64,000 bases of DNA. It comes from Mobula hypostoma. Lineage: Eukaryota. The position numbers and the translations under genes are program-made. The stretch lies in contig NC_086097.1 of NCBI RefSeq assembly GCF_963921235.1, positions 28,894,001 through 28,958,000 of the forward strand, in the 5' to 3' direction. The notes below the pieces were generated by a model. The model made no database searches, was not told where the DNA came from, and worked only from the letters and a program-made list of their open reading frames with translations. Below, one piece after another: positions 1-12,999 of this stretch. Position 1 is the stretch's first letter; every line of letters starts with the position of its first letter.

Positions 1-1000
1 ATCAATGAGTAAATCTTACCTCCCAGGTTTATCATGGCAGCTCATGCAGATAGTATAACCTATACCATCAAAAATAAGAGATTTGGGATGAATGTCATTC
101 TTAATTTAAATGGTGTAAACCTTAATAGGGATTTAGATTTAATCAGGACAATTCACAAGTCAGAATTGTGGACTCAAACCAAGTTACCAAGTGGTAGAAG
201 TTATCTGCAGCCCCTACAGTAGCTGGCAAATCTCTTCCATTGACTTTATTGAAGATCTTCTGAAATATATTCACTGATTCATCCTCATCTGTTCTGCTAG
301 CATCAATTTCAAAAAGTTTTGACTGAATTTCAAGCTTTGAATCTCCTTTATAAATCCAATCTCACTGAATTGACATTTATCAAGCATGATGTCAGATGAC
401 CTCGCAGCCTTGGGGATGTGTCATCTGCTATTCCCAGCTACATCTTTCCTCCTCCTTCACTTCAATTTCTCTGTGATAAGGCAGTAAATGCTATTTTATA
501 ATGTTTCTTGAGACTCCATATGTATTTTATTTAACACTGACTACCATCATTGGGACTCATCCTAATGAAGGGTCTCTGCCTGAAACATCAAATGTTTATT
601 CCTCTCCATCAATGCTGCCTGACTTGCTGAATTCCTCCAGCATTTTGGGTGCGGATCCAAGCCGAATTCCCAGGTGATAGTAGCTATCTGCGGGCCCAGA
701 GTAGCTGGCAAATCCATTACAACACACATAAAATGCTGGAGGAACTCTATCAGTTTCCCAAATACTTCATAACCTGGGAAGGGCCTGTTCTAGTAAATGA
801 GGGAGAAAAATGTGTGTTCCTTTCATTCATCGATCATCTTCTTGTGGAAGACAACAGCACTGAATCTTACAAAGATTGAGTCTGATCAGCACTAAAATAC
901 TGCTCCCGTATCTAGGAAGCTCTTGTTAGGTCTGCCTTAAAATAGGGTTTCTCTTGCATTTACTGTGATGGCCATTTTTTCTGTGAAGCACCTCGTGCTT

Positions 1001-1914
1001 TAATAATACTTTATTGTCGCCAAACAATTGGTACTAGAACGTACAATCATCACAGTGATATTTGATTCTGCGCTTCACACTCCCTGGATTACAAATATTA
1101 AATATTACAGATATTTAAAATAGTTAAAATTAGTAAATATTAAAATTTTAAATAATAAATCATAAATAGAAAATAGAAAAATGGGAAGTAAGGTAGTGCA
1201 AAAAAACCGAGAGGCAGGTCGGGATATTTGGAGGGTACGGCCCAGATCCGGGTCAGGATCTGTTCAGCAGTCTTATCACAGTTGGAAAGAAGCTGTTCCC
1301 AAATCTGGCCATACGAGTCTTCAAGCTCCTGAGCCTTCTCTCGGAGGGAAGAGGGATGAAAAGTGTGTTGGCTGGGTGGGTCGTGTCCTTGATTATCCTG
1401 GCAGCACTGTTCCGACAGCGTGCAGTGTAAAGTGAGTCCAGGGACGGAAGATTGGTTTGTGTGATGTGCTGCGCCGTGTTCAGGATCTTCTGCAGTTTCT
1501 TTCAGTCTTGGACAGGACAACTTCCATACCAGGTTGTGATGCACCCTAGAAGAATGCTTTCTACAGTGCATCTATAAAAATTAGTGAGGGTTTTAGGGGA
1601 CAGGCCAAATTTCTTTAGTTTTCTCAGGAAGTAAAGGCACTGGTGGGCCTTCTTGGCAGTGAACTCTGCTTGGTTGGACCAAGTCAGGTCATTTGTGATA
1701 TTGACCCCGAGAAACTTAAAGCTTTTGACCTGTTCCACTTGTGCACCACCAATGTAAACTGGGTCGTGCGGTCCGCTACTCCTTCTGAAGTCAACAACCA
1801 ATTCCTTTGTCTTGTTGACGTTGAGGGATAGGTTATTGTCTTCGCACCATGCCACCAGGTTCTTAATTTCCTGACTGTACTCAAAACTCATCATTACCCG
1901 AGATACGGCCTACA
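1001..1914 (-). mobile_element. 5'-truncated Rex1/Babar LINE, same family as 43416-47200
   Basis: Near-identical to 43416-44340; [23 protein letters not shown]. Confidence 0.92.
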
Positions 1915-2079
1915 AATAATAAATAAGAATAAGTGCGAAAACAAAAATGAAATACTGATTTGGGAAACATGAAATGAAATAAAGCAAGAAAATGCTGGAA
2001 GTACTTGGGACAAGCGGTGTCTGTGCATAGAGAAACAGAGTTAACATTCTAAATGAATGAAATTTCAATGCAAATTTAA

Positions 2080-3770
2080 GACCATAAGATATAGGAGCAG
2101 AAGTAAGCCATTTGGACCATCGGGTCTGCTCCCCATTCAATCATGGGCTGGATCCAATTCTTCCAGTCATCCTCACTCCCCTGCCTTCTCCCCGTACCTT
2201 TTAATGCCCTGGCTAATCAAGAACCTATCTATCTCTCCCTTAAATGCAGGCAATGACTTGACCTCCACAGCTGCTCATGGCAACACATTCCACAGATTTA
2301 CCACCCTTTGACTAAGTAATTTCTCCGCATCTCTGTTCTAAATGGACGTCCTTCAATCCTGAAGTCATGCCCTGTTGTCCTAGACTCCCCTACCATGGGA
2401 AATAACTTTGCCATATTTAATCTGTTCGGGCCTTTTAACATTTGTAATGTTTCTATGAGATCCCCCTTCATTCTCCTGAACTCCAGGGAATAAAGCCCAA
2501 GAGCTGCCAGGCATTCCTCATCTCCTTTCATTCCTGGAATCATTCTTGTGAATCTTCTCTGAACCGTCTCCAATGTCAGTATACCCTTTCTAAAATAAAG
2601 AGCCCGAAACTGCACACAGTACTCCAAGTGAGGTCTCATGAGTGCTTTATAGAGCCCCAGCATCACATCACTGCTCTTATACTATACCTTTAAAAACGAA
2701 TGTCAACATTGCAGTCACCTTCTTCACCACCGACTCAACCTGGAGGTTAACCTTTAGGGTATCCTGCACAAGGACTCCCAAGTCCCTTTGCATCTCTGCA
2801 TTTTGAATTTTCTCCCCATCTAAATAATATTTCTTCCACCAAAGTGCATGACCATACATTTTCCAACATTGTATTTCATTTGCCACTACTTTGCCATTCC
2901 CTAAATGATGTAAGTCTTTCTGCAGGCTGTTTCCTCAGCACTACCTGCTCCTCCACCCATCTTTGTTTCATTGGCAAATTTAGCCACAAATCCATTAATC
3001 CCATAGTCCAAATCATATGAAAAAGCTGCGGTCCCAACACCAACCCCTGTGGAATGCCACTGGTAACCGGCAGCCAGCCAGAATAGGATCCCTTTATTTC
3101 TACTCTGTTTTCTGCCGATCAACCAATGCTCTACCCATGCTAGTAACTCCCCTGTAATTACATGGGATCTTACCTTGCTAAGCAGCCTCATGTGCTGCAC
3201 CTTGTCAAAGGCCTTCTGAAAATCCAAGTACACCATAACTACTGCATCTCCTTTGTCCACCCTCAAAAAATTGCGGTAGGTTAGTCAAGCAGGATTTTCC
3301 TTTCAGGAAACTATGCTGGCTTTGGCCTATTTTGTCATGTGCCTCCAGGTACACCATAATCTCATCCCTAACAATCAATTCCAACCACTGATATCAGACT
3401 AACAGGTCCTTAGTTTCCTTTCTGCTGCCTCCCACCCCTAAATAGCAGAGTAATATTTGCAATTTTCCAGTCATTCAGTACAATGCCAGAATCTATCGAT
3501 TCTTGAAAGATCATTGTTAATGCTTCCACAATCTCTCCAGCTACTTCCTTCAGAACCCAAGGGTGCATTCCATTAGGTCCAGGAGATTTATCCACCCTCA
3601 GACCATTAAGTTTCCCAAGCACCTTCTCAGTCGTAATTTTCACTGCACATACTTCACTTCCCGGACACTCTTGAAGGTTCGGTATACTGTAGATGTCTTC
3701 CACTGTGAAGACTGATGCAAAATACACATTCAGTTCCTCTGCCATCTCTGTATCTCTCATTACAATTTAA
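2080..3770 (-). mobile_element. Decayed CR1 LINE ORF2 fragment
   Basis: YLDFQKAFDKV, LYKALMRPHLEYCVQF and KSPGPNGMHP motifs with frameshifts. Confidence 0.92.
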
Positions 3771-6700
3771 GTTGCCTTTGCCTTAAACAGAACATTTATC
3801 ACTCCATTTTCCAACACATCCACTCAGAATACTGGCTGAGGATGTGTGCAGGGGATAGTGTCCATCATTACAGTCCTATTCATCATGTACAAAATGTCAG
3901 AGGAATTTAGCAGGCCAGACAGCATGTATGGAGAGGAATAAACAGTTGACCTTTCGGGCCAAGACCCTTCATCGGTCAGCCCTCCGTTTATTCTTTTAAA
4001 TGTTCCAATTATGTAAATTCTACTACAGCTGCCAAAATTTCAATTCACATCTCTGGATTTCACTGCAGAGCTTGGATTATTTGTTCATTTTATTCTCAAG
4101 GTACAACATGGTAATTGGCCCCTCCAGCCCAATGAGCACATGCCACTCAATTACAGCCATGTGACCAGTTAACCAAATAACCTTATGTCATTGAAATTTG
4201 AGAGAAAACTGCAACACTCAGAGAAAACCCACACGGACACAGGGAGACTTGCAGGATTTGAACCCTTGTTGTCGGCACTGTAATAGTGTTACAGCAACTG
4301 CTTCACTAATGTGCTGTCCCTTGTACCACCTATTGCACCACTACCTTACTCTGAATGAAAACTAGCATATGTATAGCAGGGAGGATGAAGCAATGGCATG
4401 TTGAGCAAGAGGTGTAAACCAGGGAGGCTGGGAATATTCCCTGAAAAGTTAAGAGTACAAAAAGCATTTTAAGCAGTTTATTGAAGATAACAGCCTATGT
4501 ACTGGAACAAGTATTTTCCATTATATTCAAAGAACACTCATGGTTTCATATCACAATGATGATAAAACTTTTTCTCTCCATTGAAAGTGTGCAACCCTGA
4601 GCTTCCACTTTGATTGTCCCAACCCACTTTGACCTGACATCAGTTTTCTTCACTTCCACTGGATCTCAAAAGATAATGTCCCATCTTCACAATGGGTATT
4701 TTACAAAACCTCTACTCTCAGTGCCAGGTTAACCAATTTTAAATTGTATCTATTGTGATTTTTTTCTAAAATCAGAATCAGTTTTATTATCACTGATGTA
4801 CATGATGAAATTTGTTGTTTTGCAGCTGCAGTATAGTGCCATACATTGTTCAAAAAAAATTATGGACAAGCAATGCCAGTAATAATTCTCCCGTTGCTGT
4901 TCACATCTATTCTGGACTCCCTTTTGGTTTTGTTCATGAAAATTCATTAATGAGTATTAATTCACATAAATTTTGTTACTTAAATTCACACTGGAACAAG
5001 TGCAGAAAAGATTTACCAAGGTGTTACCTGGACTTGGACACCTGATTTACGTGGAAAGGTTTGTGGACTAGGACTTTATTCCCTGGATCATACAAGGTTG
5101 AGGGGTGAACTGATAGAGGTATATAAGATCATGAAGGACATGGACAGGATGAAAGCACATAGACTTTTACCCAGGAAAGGGGTGCTAATAACAAGAGGGC
5201 AAAGATAGATTAGGATATTTGTCATATGTACATTGAAAAATACAGTGAAATGTGCCATTTTGTGTCAATGACCACAGTCCAAGGATTGTGATAGGGAGAG
5301 CCCGCATGTGTCGCCACACTTCTGACACTTACATTGAATGCACACAACTCACTAACACAAGCACTAACCATACACCTTTGGAATGCGGGATGAAACCAAA
5401 CCTCCCAGAGGAAACTCACGTGGTTATGGAGAGAATATTCAAATTCTACAGACAGTGCTGAGAATCGAGCCCCAATCAGTCACAAAGTGTTGAATGAACT
5501 CAGCATTTTGTGTGTGTTGCTCAGACTTACAGCATCTGCAGATTTTCTCTTGTTTGTGAGCCCCAATCAGTGATCATTGACACTGCCATGCCCATGATTT
5601 TAAGATCAAAGGTGATAGGTTTAAAAGGGACATTTGGGGCAGCTTCTTTGTGCAAAGGATGGTGCATACTTGAAATGAACTGCCAGAAATTGTGATTGTG
5701 GTGGGTCCATCAGCAATTTTTAAAAGCCATGAAGACGAGTACATGGATAGGAGAATTTTGGAGGGCTGTGAGCGGATAGGACTAGCTTGCTGAGCAATGC
5801 AGAATAGATGCTTTGAGCTGTAGGGCCTGTGTCTACTGGAGGCTAGGAGGCCTGTCCTAGGAGTTGGATGACTATTGTGTGGGTGGGCTGGAGGGAGGAA
5901 AGGGCTTGTTTTGCTGTTGTGTTATTCTGCTGAGCACTCTGGGCGTGCTATGTTGGCACCTGAATGTGTGGTGACACTTGCAAGCTGCCCCCAGCACATC
6001 CCTAGGTTAGTTAATGCAAATGGGGCATTTCACTGTATGTTTCAAATATATATGTAATAAATAAATCTGAATAATGTGCGTAATTTTGTCCCTTATTTGT
6101 AAGGAAGGATGTGACCCCGGAGAGGGTCCCAAGGAGGTTCACAGGAATAATTTTACAAATGCAAGCCCTAACATACTGTATAAGGAATGATTGATGACTC
6201 TGACTCTACTTGATAGAGTTCAGAAGAAGTGGAAAGGAGTAAGGGATCTCATTGAAACTTATTGGATACTAAAAGGCCTTGATAGAATGGACATGAGAGT
6301 CTAGGATCTGATGGCACAGCCTTAGAATAAAGGGATGTACTTTTAAAACTATGATGAAGAAGTAGTTTTCTCAGCTAGAGAGTGGTGAATCCTTGGAATT
6401 TGTTGCCAAAGAGGGCTGTGGAGTCAAATGTGTAATTAAGGCAATGACAAATAGGTTCTTAAACACAAAGGTTTCGGCAGATGCTGGATATCAAGAGCAA
6501 CACACACAAAATGCTGGAGGAACTCAGCAGGTCAGGTAGCATTAATTGAGGGGAATAAACAGTCTACATTTTGGGCAGAGACCCATCATCAGGACTGGAA
6601 AGGAAGGGGCCACAAACCAGAAGAAGGAGGTGGGGAAAGGGGAAAGAGTAAAAGCTGATGGTTGATAGGTAAACCAGATGAGGAGGGAGGTTGGTGGGTA

Positions 6701-6976
6701 GGGATGGGGATAAGTAAGAAGCTGGGAAGGGATAGGTGGAAGAGGTTCTTGAATCGTAAGGGAGTCAAAGTTAGGGGAGAATGGGGTTGAAAAAAATCAG
6801 CCATGATTGAATGGCAGAGCAACTTGATGGATGAAATGGACTGGTTCTGCTCCTATATAGAATGGTCTGAAAATGCAATTTGATAATGATTATGTATCAT
6901 ACACTGCTTGTGAGATCTGATCTCACTGAAGTCAGACAATTTAGGATGGATTCCTATCCTACAAATTTCACCATCA

Positions 6977-7514
6977 CTATCTTTTAGTCTTTATCTCCCT
7001 CAGCGGTGCTGCTTGTATGATGTGAAAGGAAGTAGCTGGGCTAGACCCAGCCGCGGGAATTCTCTCTATATTGGAGATCATACTTGGACATGACAGAGAA
7101 TGCACACGTGATTTGGGCTGTAAAGTTGGGTGCATTGTAGGGGAAGATCCCACCCTGGCGGTGGGAACAAATGGGTTTTTTCTGGAATGGCTCAACTGCT
7201 GGTGCACCTGAACACTATTCAGGGTTGGCATTGAGTGCCGACTGCTACTTGAGACCACCACATGGTGCCATGGACTTAGCAGTGTGGAGCTTAAATGCTG
7301 GGAGCTAGAGGTTTTGAGTGGGTGGATGTCTGGCAGCTTAACCTGACTCGATGAAATGACAGTAGAGCCACGGGGGGTGACAGCCTTTATTGCATTTCTG
7401 AACGTCATCAGCACCCGCTGCATCTTCTGTTTCTCCTTCCTCTGCCTGCTGTCTTCTTTGCGGAGCTGCTCCCTGTGCTCCTGAATCATCTGCTTCCTGG
7501 TGTCAACCAGATTC
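6977..7514 (-). CDS. LRRC74A: LRRC74A-like terminal coding exon: (R)NLVDTRKQMIQEHREQLRKEDSRQRKEKQK... Ser/Pro/His-rich tail ...KTKR*
   Basis: gagcag|G AAT CTG completes the phase-2 codon of the previous exon; open to the stop at 6977 (ORF 6977..7552). Confidence 0.8.
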
Positions 7515-10500
7515 CTGCTCAGCTCAGAATTGGGTAGATGGGAGAGGGTCAAAGAGGTTAAAAAAGAAGGAAGGAAAACAAGGCCAAAAGAAGAGGAATT
7601 ATTTTTAAAAAATTGTTTAAAGCAGATTAATTGCAGCTAACATTTAAAAATTGACAACGTGGGTGGAAATGGTGTGTCTGTAATCTAGTGAAGGAACGTA
7701 CAGACTGAAGAACACCGTGACTGAGCCCTTCAGCATTAGAAAGGTCGACATCAAACACCGTAGATTAAATCACCAACAATGGAAAGATGATCTCAAACAC
7801 TACAGATGAACCAGTCCAGTTGGACGTAGTCCTAGAGGTCTCACCTTCAAGTTCTAAGTGCTGCCTCCCCATGCTTCCAACATGTCAGATACCTACCTTC
7901 CATTTACCTATCAGAAAATGAATAGACTTTGGATTATCTGCCTGGGTCGTTCTTGACTTTGTCAAACAACCTATTCCCTTCTCAATTGCTGCCAGGTAAT
8001 GAAAAGAAATTCTTCTTCGAAGCAGAATATCCCTGTGATATTTCTTCTGTGAATTGCCCACAGTAAAGTCTTGGAGATTAGCGGGGTTAATTCCTGGTGA
8101 TACAGGAAAATCCAAATAAAATGGCTCTGGAGAGCAAATGTGGGAGTTCAAGAGATGAGTTTCTGAACTTGTCTATTACTCTTCATGTGTGAAAGTATTA
8201 GGCAGGCATGGCTCCAGCCTCTGAGGTCTAATGGTAATTCTCTCACCAGGCTCTGCATCAAAAAGCACCTGGGAATATTGTGGAACATTGCTGGGGCAGA
8301 TGGTCTTACTTACTTTTCATGTGACATTGTCTCCCAGAAACAAGAGGTGCCAGTTTGCTCTTTTCAACCTATTCTACTCTTTGGTGTTGTGGCTGAGCCA
8401 TGACCAAATCCATATATCTTTCCATATACCTCTATATACAACTAACTTTGGAAAGATCAAAGTGAGGTCATAGATTATAGACTATAGAACAATACAGGTC
8501 CCTTGGCCCACAATGTTGTGCCAACTTTCTAACCTACTCTAAGATCAATCTAACCCCTCCCTCCCACATAGCCCTCCATTTTTATTTCATTCATGTGCCT
8601 GAGAGTCTGTTAAATATCCTTAATGTATCTGCCTCCACCACCACCTCCAGCAGTACGTTCTACACACTCACCACTTCAAAAAAAACTTCCTCTCACACTG
8701 CCCTCCCTTTCCTCCAATCACCTTAAAACGATGCCCTCTGGTATTATCTATTTTCATGCTGCAATAAATTCAGCAATGTCAAAGATTGTACTCGGCAATT
8801 TACCAGCCATGTTAATTTAACTCTTTCAAGACCTTAGTGGAGGTGTGTACTTTTCAATAATAACAGATGATTATAGACAATCTGGCACATCCTCTCCATG
8901 ATCTGAAAAAGCAGCGGAACTCCCTTTCAAACAGACTCATTCAGTTCCACTGTCACAAGGATCATTACAGAAAATCTTTCCTACCAAACGCAGTAAGCAT
9001 GTACAACAGTTCATCTCTGTGTGACAGGAGAACACACAATTGTCTGCTCTATTATTTCGTACATTATTTCACATTGGTACAATATTATTGTAAATATTAT
9101 TTTGTACATTAGTATTAGCTAAGTGTGCTTTTAAATGTTGCTGCTGTAATGAAAGTATTTCCCACTTGGGATCATTAAAGTACTTATTATTATTATTATT
9201 ATTATTTAGTTTTGGATACTTTAGTGGAAGCAATTTTCCCCTCTAATTCCAGATTCCATCAACCAATAGAAGTAGTTGCTCTGGTGGAGAATCAGTGGGC
9301 TCATGATGGGCCAAATTGCATCCACCTGTGCTGTTACCATTCTATATCTACCTCATGGGTTACCATTATAGTATAAGCCTCCAAAGTCACTATAAGTTAG
9401 TTTTGTATTTAAGTTATGCGTTGTCTGCCCCTTCACCCAGACGACAACGCATTATGAAGAATTCTCTTTAGCTAATAATTATCAGTGTGAGTGTGACATC
9501 TCTCTCTGAGAATTTTATTTGTCTTCACACAGAATAGACCACTAGCAAGCTTATACAGTATAATTCCGACAAGGTAGTTCAGAGATGGACAATTGTGTAC
9601 TCGTACTTTGGAGAAACTACAGACAACACTATTGCCGTGGAATATATATCCATTGAGTATTTAAGATTATGGATAAGTTGTCTTAACTTCAAATCTCTGA
9701 AAGAACATGCAAAAAATAATAATGTAATATTTACTTTTAATAGTAAAGTAAAATACTGTAGATAATTATAAGAACTTTAACACAACATACATTTTGTTGT
9801 TAACCTCATCTTCTCTCCATTTTTTTTGCACTAGTTGACTTTATCTCTGGCACTTATCTCCTGACTTAACAAAAACTATGCTTCTTGAGGCAGACTGAAG
9901 CTAGTTTGAAAAGAAATAAGAAGCATTTTACTGTGAAGATAATGTAAATCAGTTTCCTTTTTTAAAAATCTCAATCTCACCACCCTCTGAACACACGAGG
10001 TTGTCAGAATGCAGTTGTCAACATTCACCCAAATTTGTCAGAATGCATCTACAGCAACCAATATCATTTGAGCAGAAATTTCCCCAAACTAAATAGATTA
10101 ACTTTATTTATTTGTCAGATGCACATTGAAACATACAATAAAATGTGTCATTTGCGTCAATGACCAACACGGTCTGTCGATTGTGCTGGGGGCAGCTCAC
10201 AAGTGTCATCTTTCTTCCATGCCCACAGCTTACTAACTAACTTGTGACACTTTGGAAAGTGGGAGAAAGCCAAAGCATCCAGAGGAATCCCACACGAGAA
10301 TTCTGGGAATTGAACCCTGATCTTACAGCTGGTTGTTGCACTAACCACTACACAACCATAAGCAAGTCATTACAAATGCTCAGAAGGTCAGGCAACATCT
10401 ATGGTGTTGGAGTTAGTTCAAATTTCACATCAATGGCCTTTCATCATAATGGGGAACATTGGAGGAACACTAAATTAAGATACAGGGAAGAAGAAAGGAA

Positions 10501-11605
10501 AAATCAAAGGAGAGCATCTACAGCAGTTACAGATGTGAGCTGAGAAGTAGCAAATTGATCTCAATATAGATAAGTGTGTGGAGATACAGATAAACATGGG
10601 AGCTATACTACAAATGGTAGGGCACGAGGGAGTGTAATGGAACAGGAACATGGGAATTCAGTGCATGGTTCATTGAAAGCAGCATCACAACCGGAAAGGG
10701 AGGTGAAAAAGGTGATTAGTAACACACGCAAGTTGCTCAAGAAACTCAGCAGGTCAGGCTGTATCTCCCCATAGACGCTGCCTGACCTACTGTGTTACTC
10801 AAACATTTGCCCTGGATTTCCAGCATCTGCAGAACCTTTTAAGATGTTTAGCATGCTGCCTTTCATCAGTCAGTCAGTAATTTTCCATCAGTATTTTCCT
10901 GTTGAACTAATTAAGAAACAATCTTTGGCATAATTACAGGTTGTTTTGCTTTTCCTACATATTCCCTAAGAAGTATATATTGTGCCCAGCCAACAAATTA
11001 CCTTCTAAACAACATGCCATTCCTTCAGTCTTGATGAAACATAATTGGTTAAAATGTATTGTCTAATTCTCTCTCCACAGATTCTGCCTGCCCAGCTGAG
11101 TATTTCCAGCATTTTCAGTTTTTATTTTATATTTCTAGCATCTGCATTTTTCTGCTTTCAACGGGTCTTGCAGTTCTTTCTGTCATAGCTAGGCTGAAAT
11201 CCCAGTTGCTAATCTACAGAGTACCTTCACCATATGGCCTGTAGCTATTAGGGATGGAGGTATAAAACCAAGGACAACCTGGGATTGACCATAAATGTTG
11301 ATACTAAAACCACAACAATATCTAAAATGCACATGGATAGATAAGGTTTTGAGGGATATAGGCCAAACATGGGGAAATAGGACCAACTTAGATGGGAATC
11401 TTGGTTGGCAGGGACCTGGACATTATCATATCTTACATGTGCCTTGTGTGGTGTATGGCTGCTGGTACTGTGTTTTGCACCTTGGCCCCGGAGAAACACT
11501 CATTTATTTGGCTGTATTCATATATGGTTGAATAACAATTGAATTTGAACTTGGTGGCCTATGCTTGATCTCTTGAATTTTTTAACATTTAACCATATTT
11601 CTAAA

Positions 11606-11703
11606 AGTCCTGACGAAGGGTCTCGGCCCGAAACGTCCACTGTACCTCTTCCTAGAGATGCTGCCTGGCCTGCTGTGTTCACCAGCAACTTTGATGTGCG
11701 TTG
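11606..11703 (+). ncRNA. Solo Penelope terminal repeat with a hammerhead (core intact, one stem I mismatch)
   Basis: agtcCTGACGAagggtctcggcccGAAAcGTCcact. Confidence 0.78.
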
Positions 11704-11816
11704 AGGTAATAGTCATGTGCTATAAAATCCCTCTGGGGGAGTCACTCTGAATTCCAAGGTAGAAGAGAAAACATTCTCCACATGGTATCTTAATACTTCA
11801 TTGTTCAACTTCCTAC

Positions 11817-11902
11817 CTGTAGTCAATTGCTCCTGTATTTTCCTTATCAAGCTTGTTGATAAGTTCCTCAACCTGGATGAGGTCCAATGGAATGTTGAAT
11901 TG
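11817..11902 (-). CDS. LRRC74A: LRRC74A-like exon (86 nt): QFNIPLDLIQVEELINKLDKENTGAIDY(R)
   Basis: cccaccag|CAA ... TACAG|gtagga; second EF-hand-like loop DKENTGAIDY; phase 0 to 2. Confidence 0.88.
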
Positions 11903-12551
11903 CTGGTGGGAGAAGTTCCAGAAACAAGCAGTAAGGCTCAGCGGAACTCAGACTTTTCAATTTGTTACAACACAACCAGTCCTGCTAACATTTACATTCT
12001 TGGTGAGGATTATCGCAGTAATGCCTGCCCTTCCAGTCCATAATCTAACAAAACCTTGGAGTCTGCTGGAGGCTAGAGGCTGGAGATGTGTCCTGTGGTT
12101 GAAGTTCTGTGTATGTGCATGGCTGGGAGAGAGGAATGGGACTTGTTTTGCTGCTTGTTGTGTTCAATGTTGTTCTGCCAAGCATTATGAGCATGCTAGT
12201 TGGCACTGAAATGTATGACAACACTTTCTGGCTGCCCCAGCACACCCACAAGTGTGTTGGTTGTTGGTGAAAGTGACACATTTCACTATATGTTTCAATG
12301 TACAGTACACATGACAAATAAACTTGAAATTTCAGTAAAGGAGATGAGGAAGTGGGGGGAGTTTAATGAAGGTTGGTGAATGGCATGGCATACTTTGAGA
12401 CAGACTTATTCATGCTATCCCCTTCCCATTTGGACAGATTGTGAAATTCCCATCCTTACAGTTCTCCAATATGTACAACTTCGGCAGGATCTTTATGCAA
12501 AGACATCCCTCCCCGCACACCCCCCCCCCACCACCACTACCAGCTCCCAAC

Positions 12552-12656
12552 CTGTAAAGCTCTTCGGAAGTCAGACACAGGCACGCTCATATTTCCTGCT
12601 TTGTCCATGTTTCGGAAGAAATCCGAGAGACGAAGTTTGCGCTTGTCAAGATAATT
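12552..12656 (-). CDS. LRRC74A: LRRC74A-like exon (105 nt): NYLDKRKLRLSDFFRNMDKAGNMSVPVSDFRRALQ
   Basis: ttctggcag|AAT ... CAG|gttggg; EF-hand-like segment; phase 0 to 0. Confidence 0.88.
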
Positions 12657-12999
12657 CTGCCAGAAAACAATCACACAACAGTCAGGGACAACTTAATTTA
12701 TTGCTCTATCCCATGTTAGTGTATTCGTTAAAGTATTAGCACTCATGGTGTAATATCAAAGTCAAAGTAAATTTATTATCATAGTACATATATGTCACCA
12801 TATACTACTTTGAGATCTATTTTCCTGCAGGTATTTACAGGAAATGAAAGGAATACAATAGGATTTATGAAAAACTATACATAAATAAAGTCTGACAAGC
12901 AGCCAATCTGCAAAGGAAGAGAAATTGTGCAAACAAAAACAGAATAATACTGAGAACATGAGTTGTAGAGTCCTTGAAAGTGAGTCTGTAGGTTGTAGA

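Noticed and set aside
19..470. Minus-strand exon of a neighbouring gene
   Set aside because: Stops interrupt the frames examined; the peptide FEIDASRTDEDESVNIFQKIFNKV looks like very decayed CR1 RT.
7885..8151. ORF as an extra LRRC74A exon
   Set aside because: It has a donor-like AAG|gtaggt, but the available sites give phase 0 or 1 rather than the required phase 2, and there is no recognisable motif.
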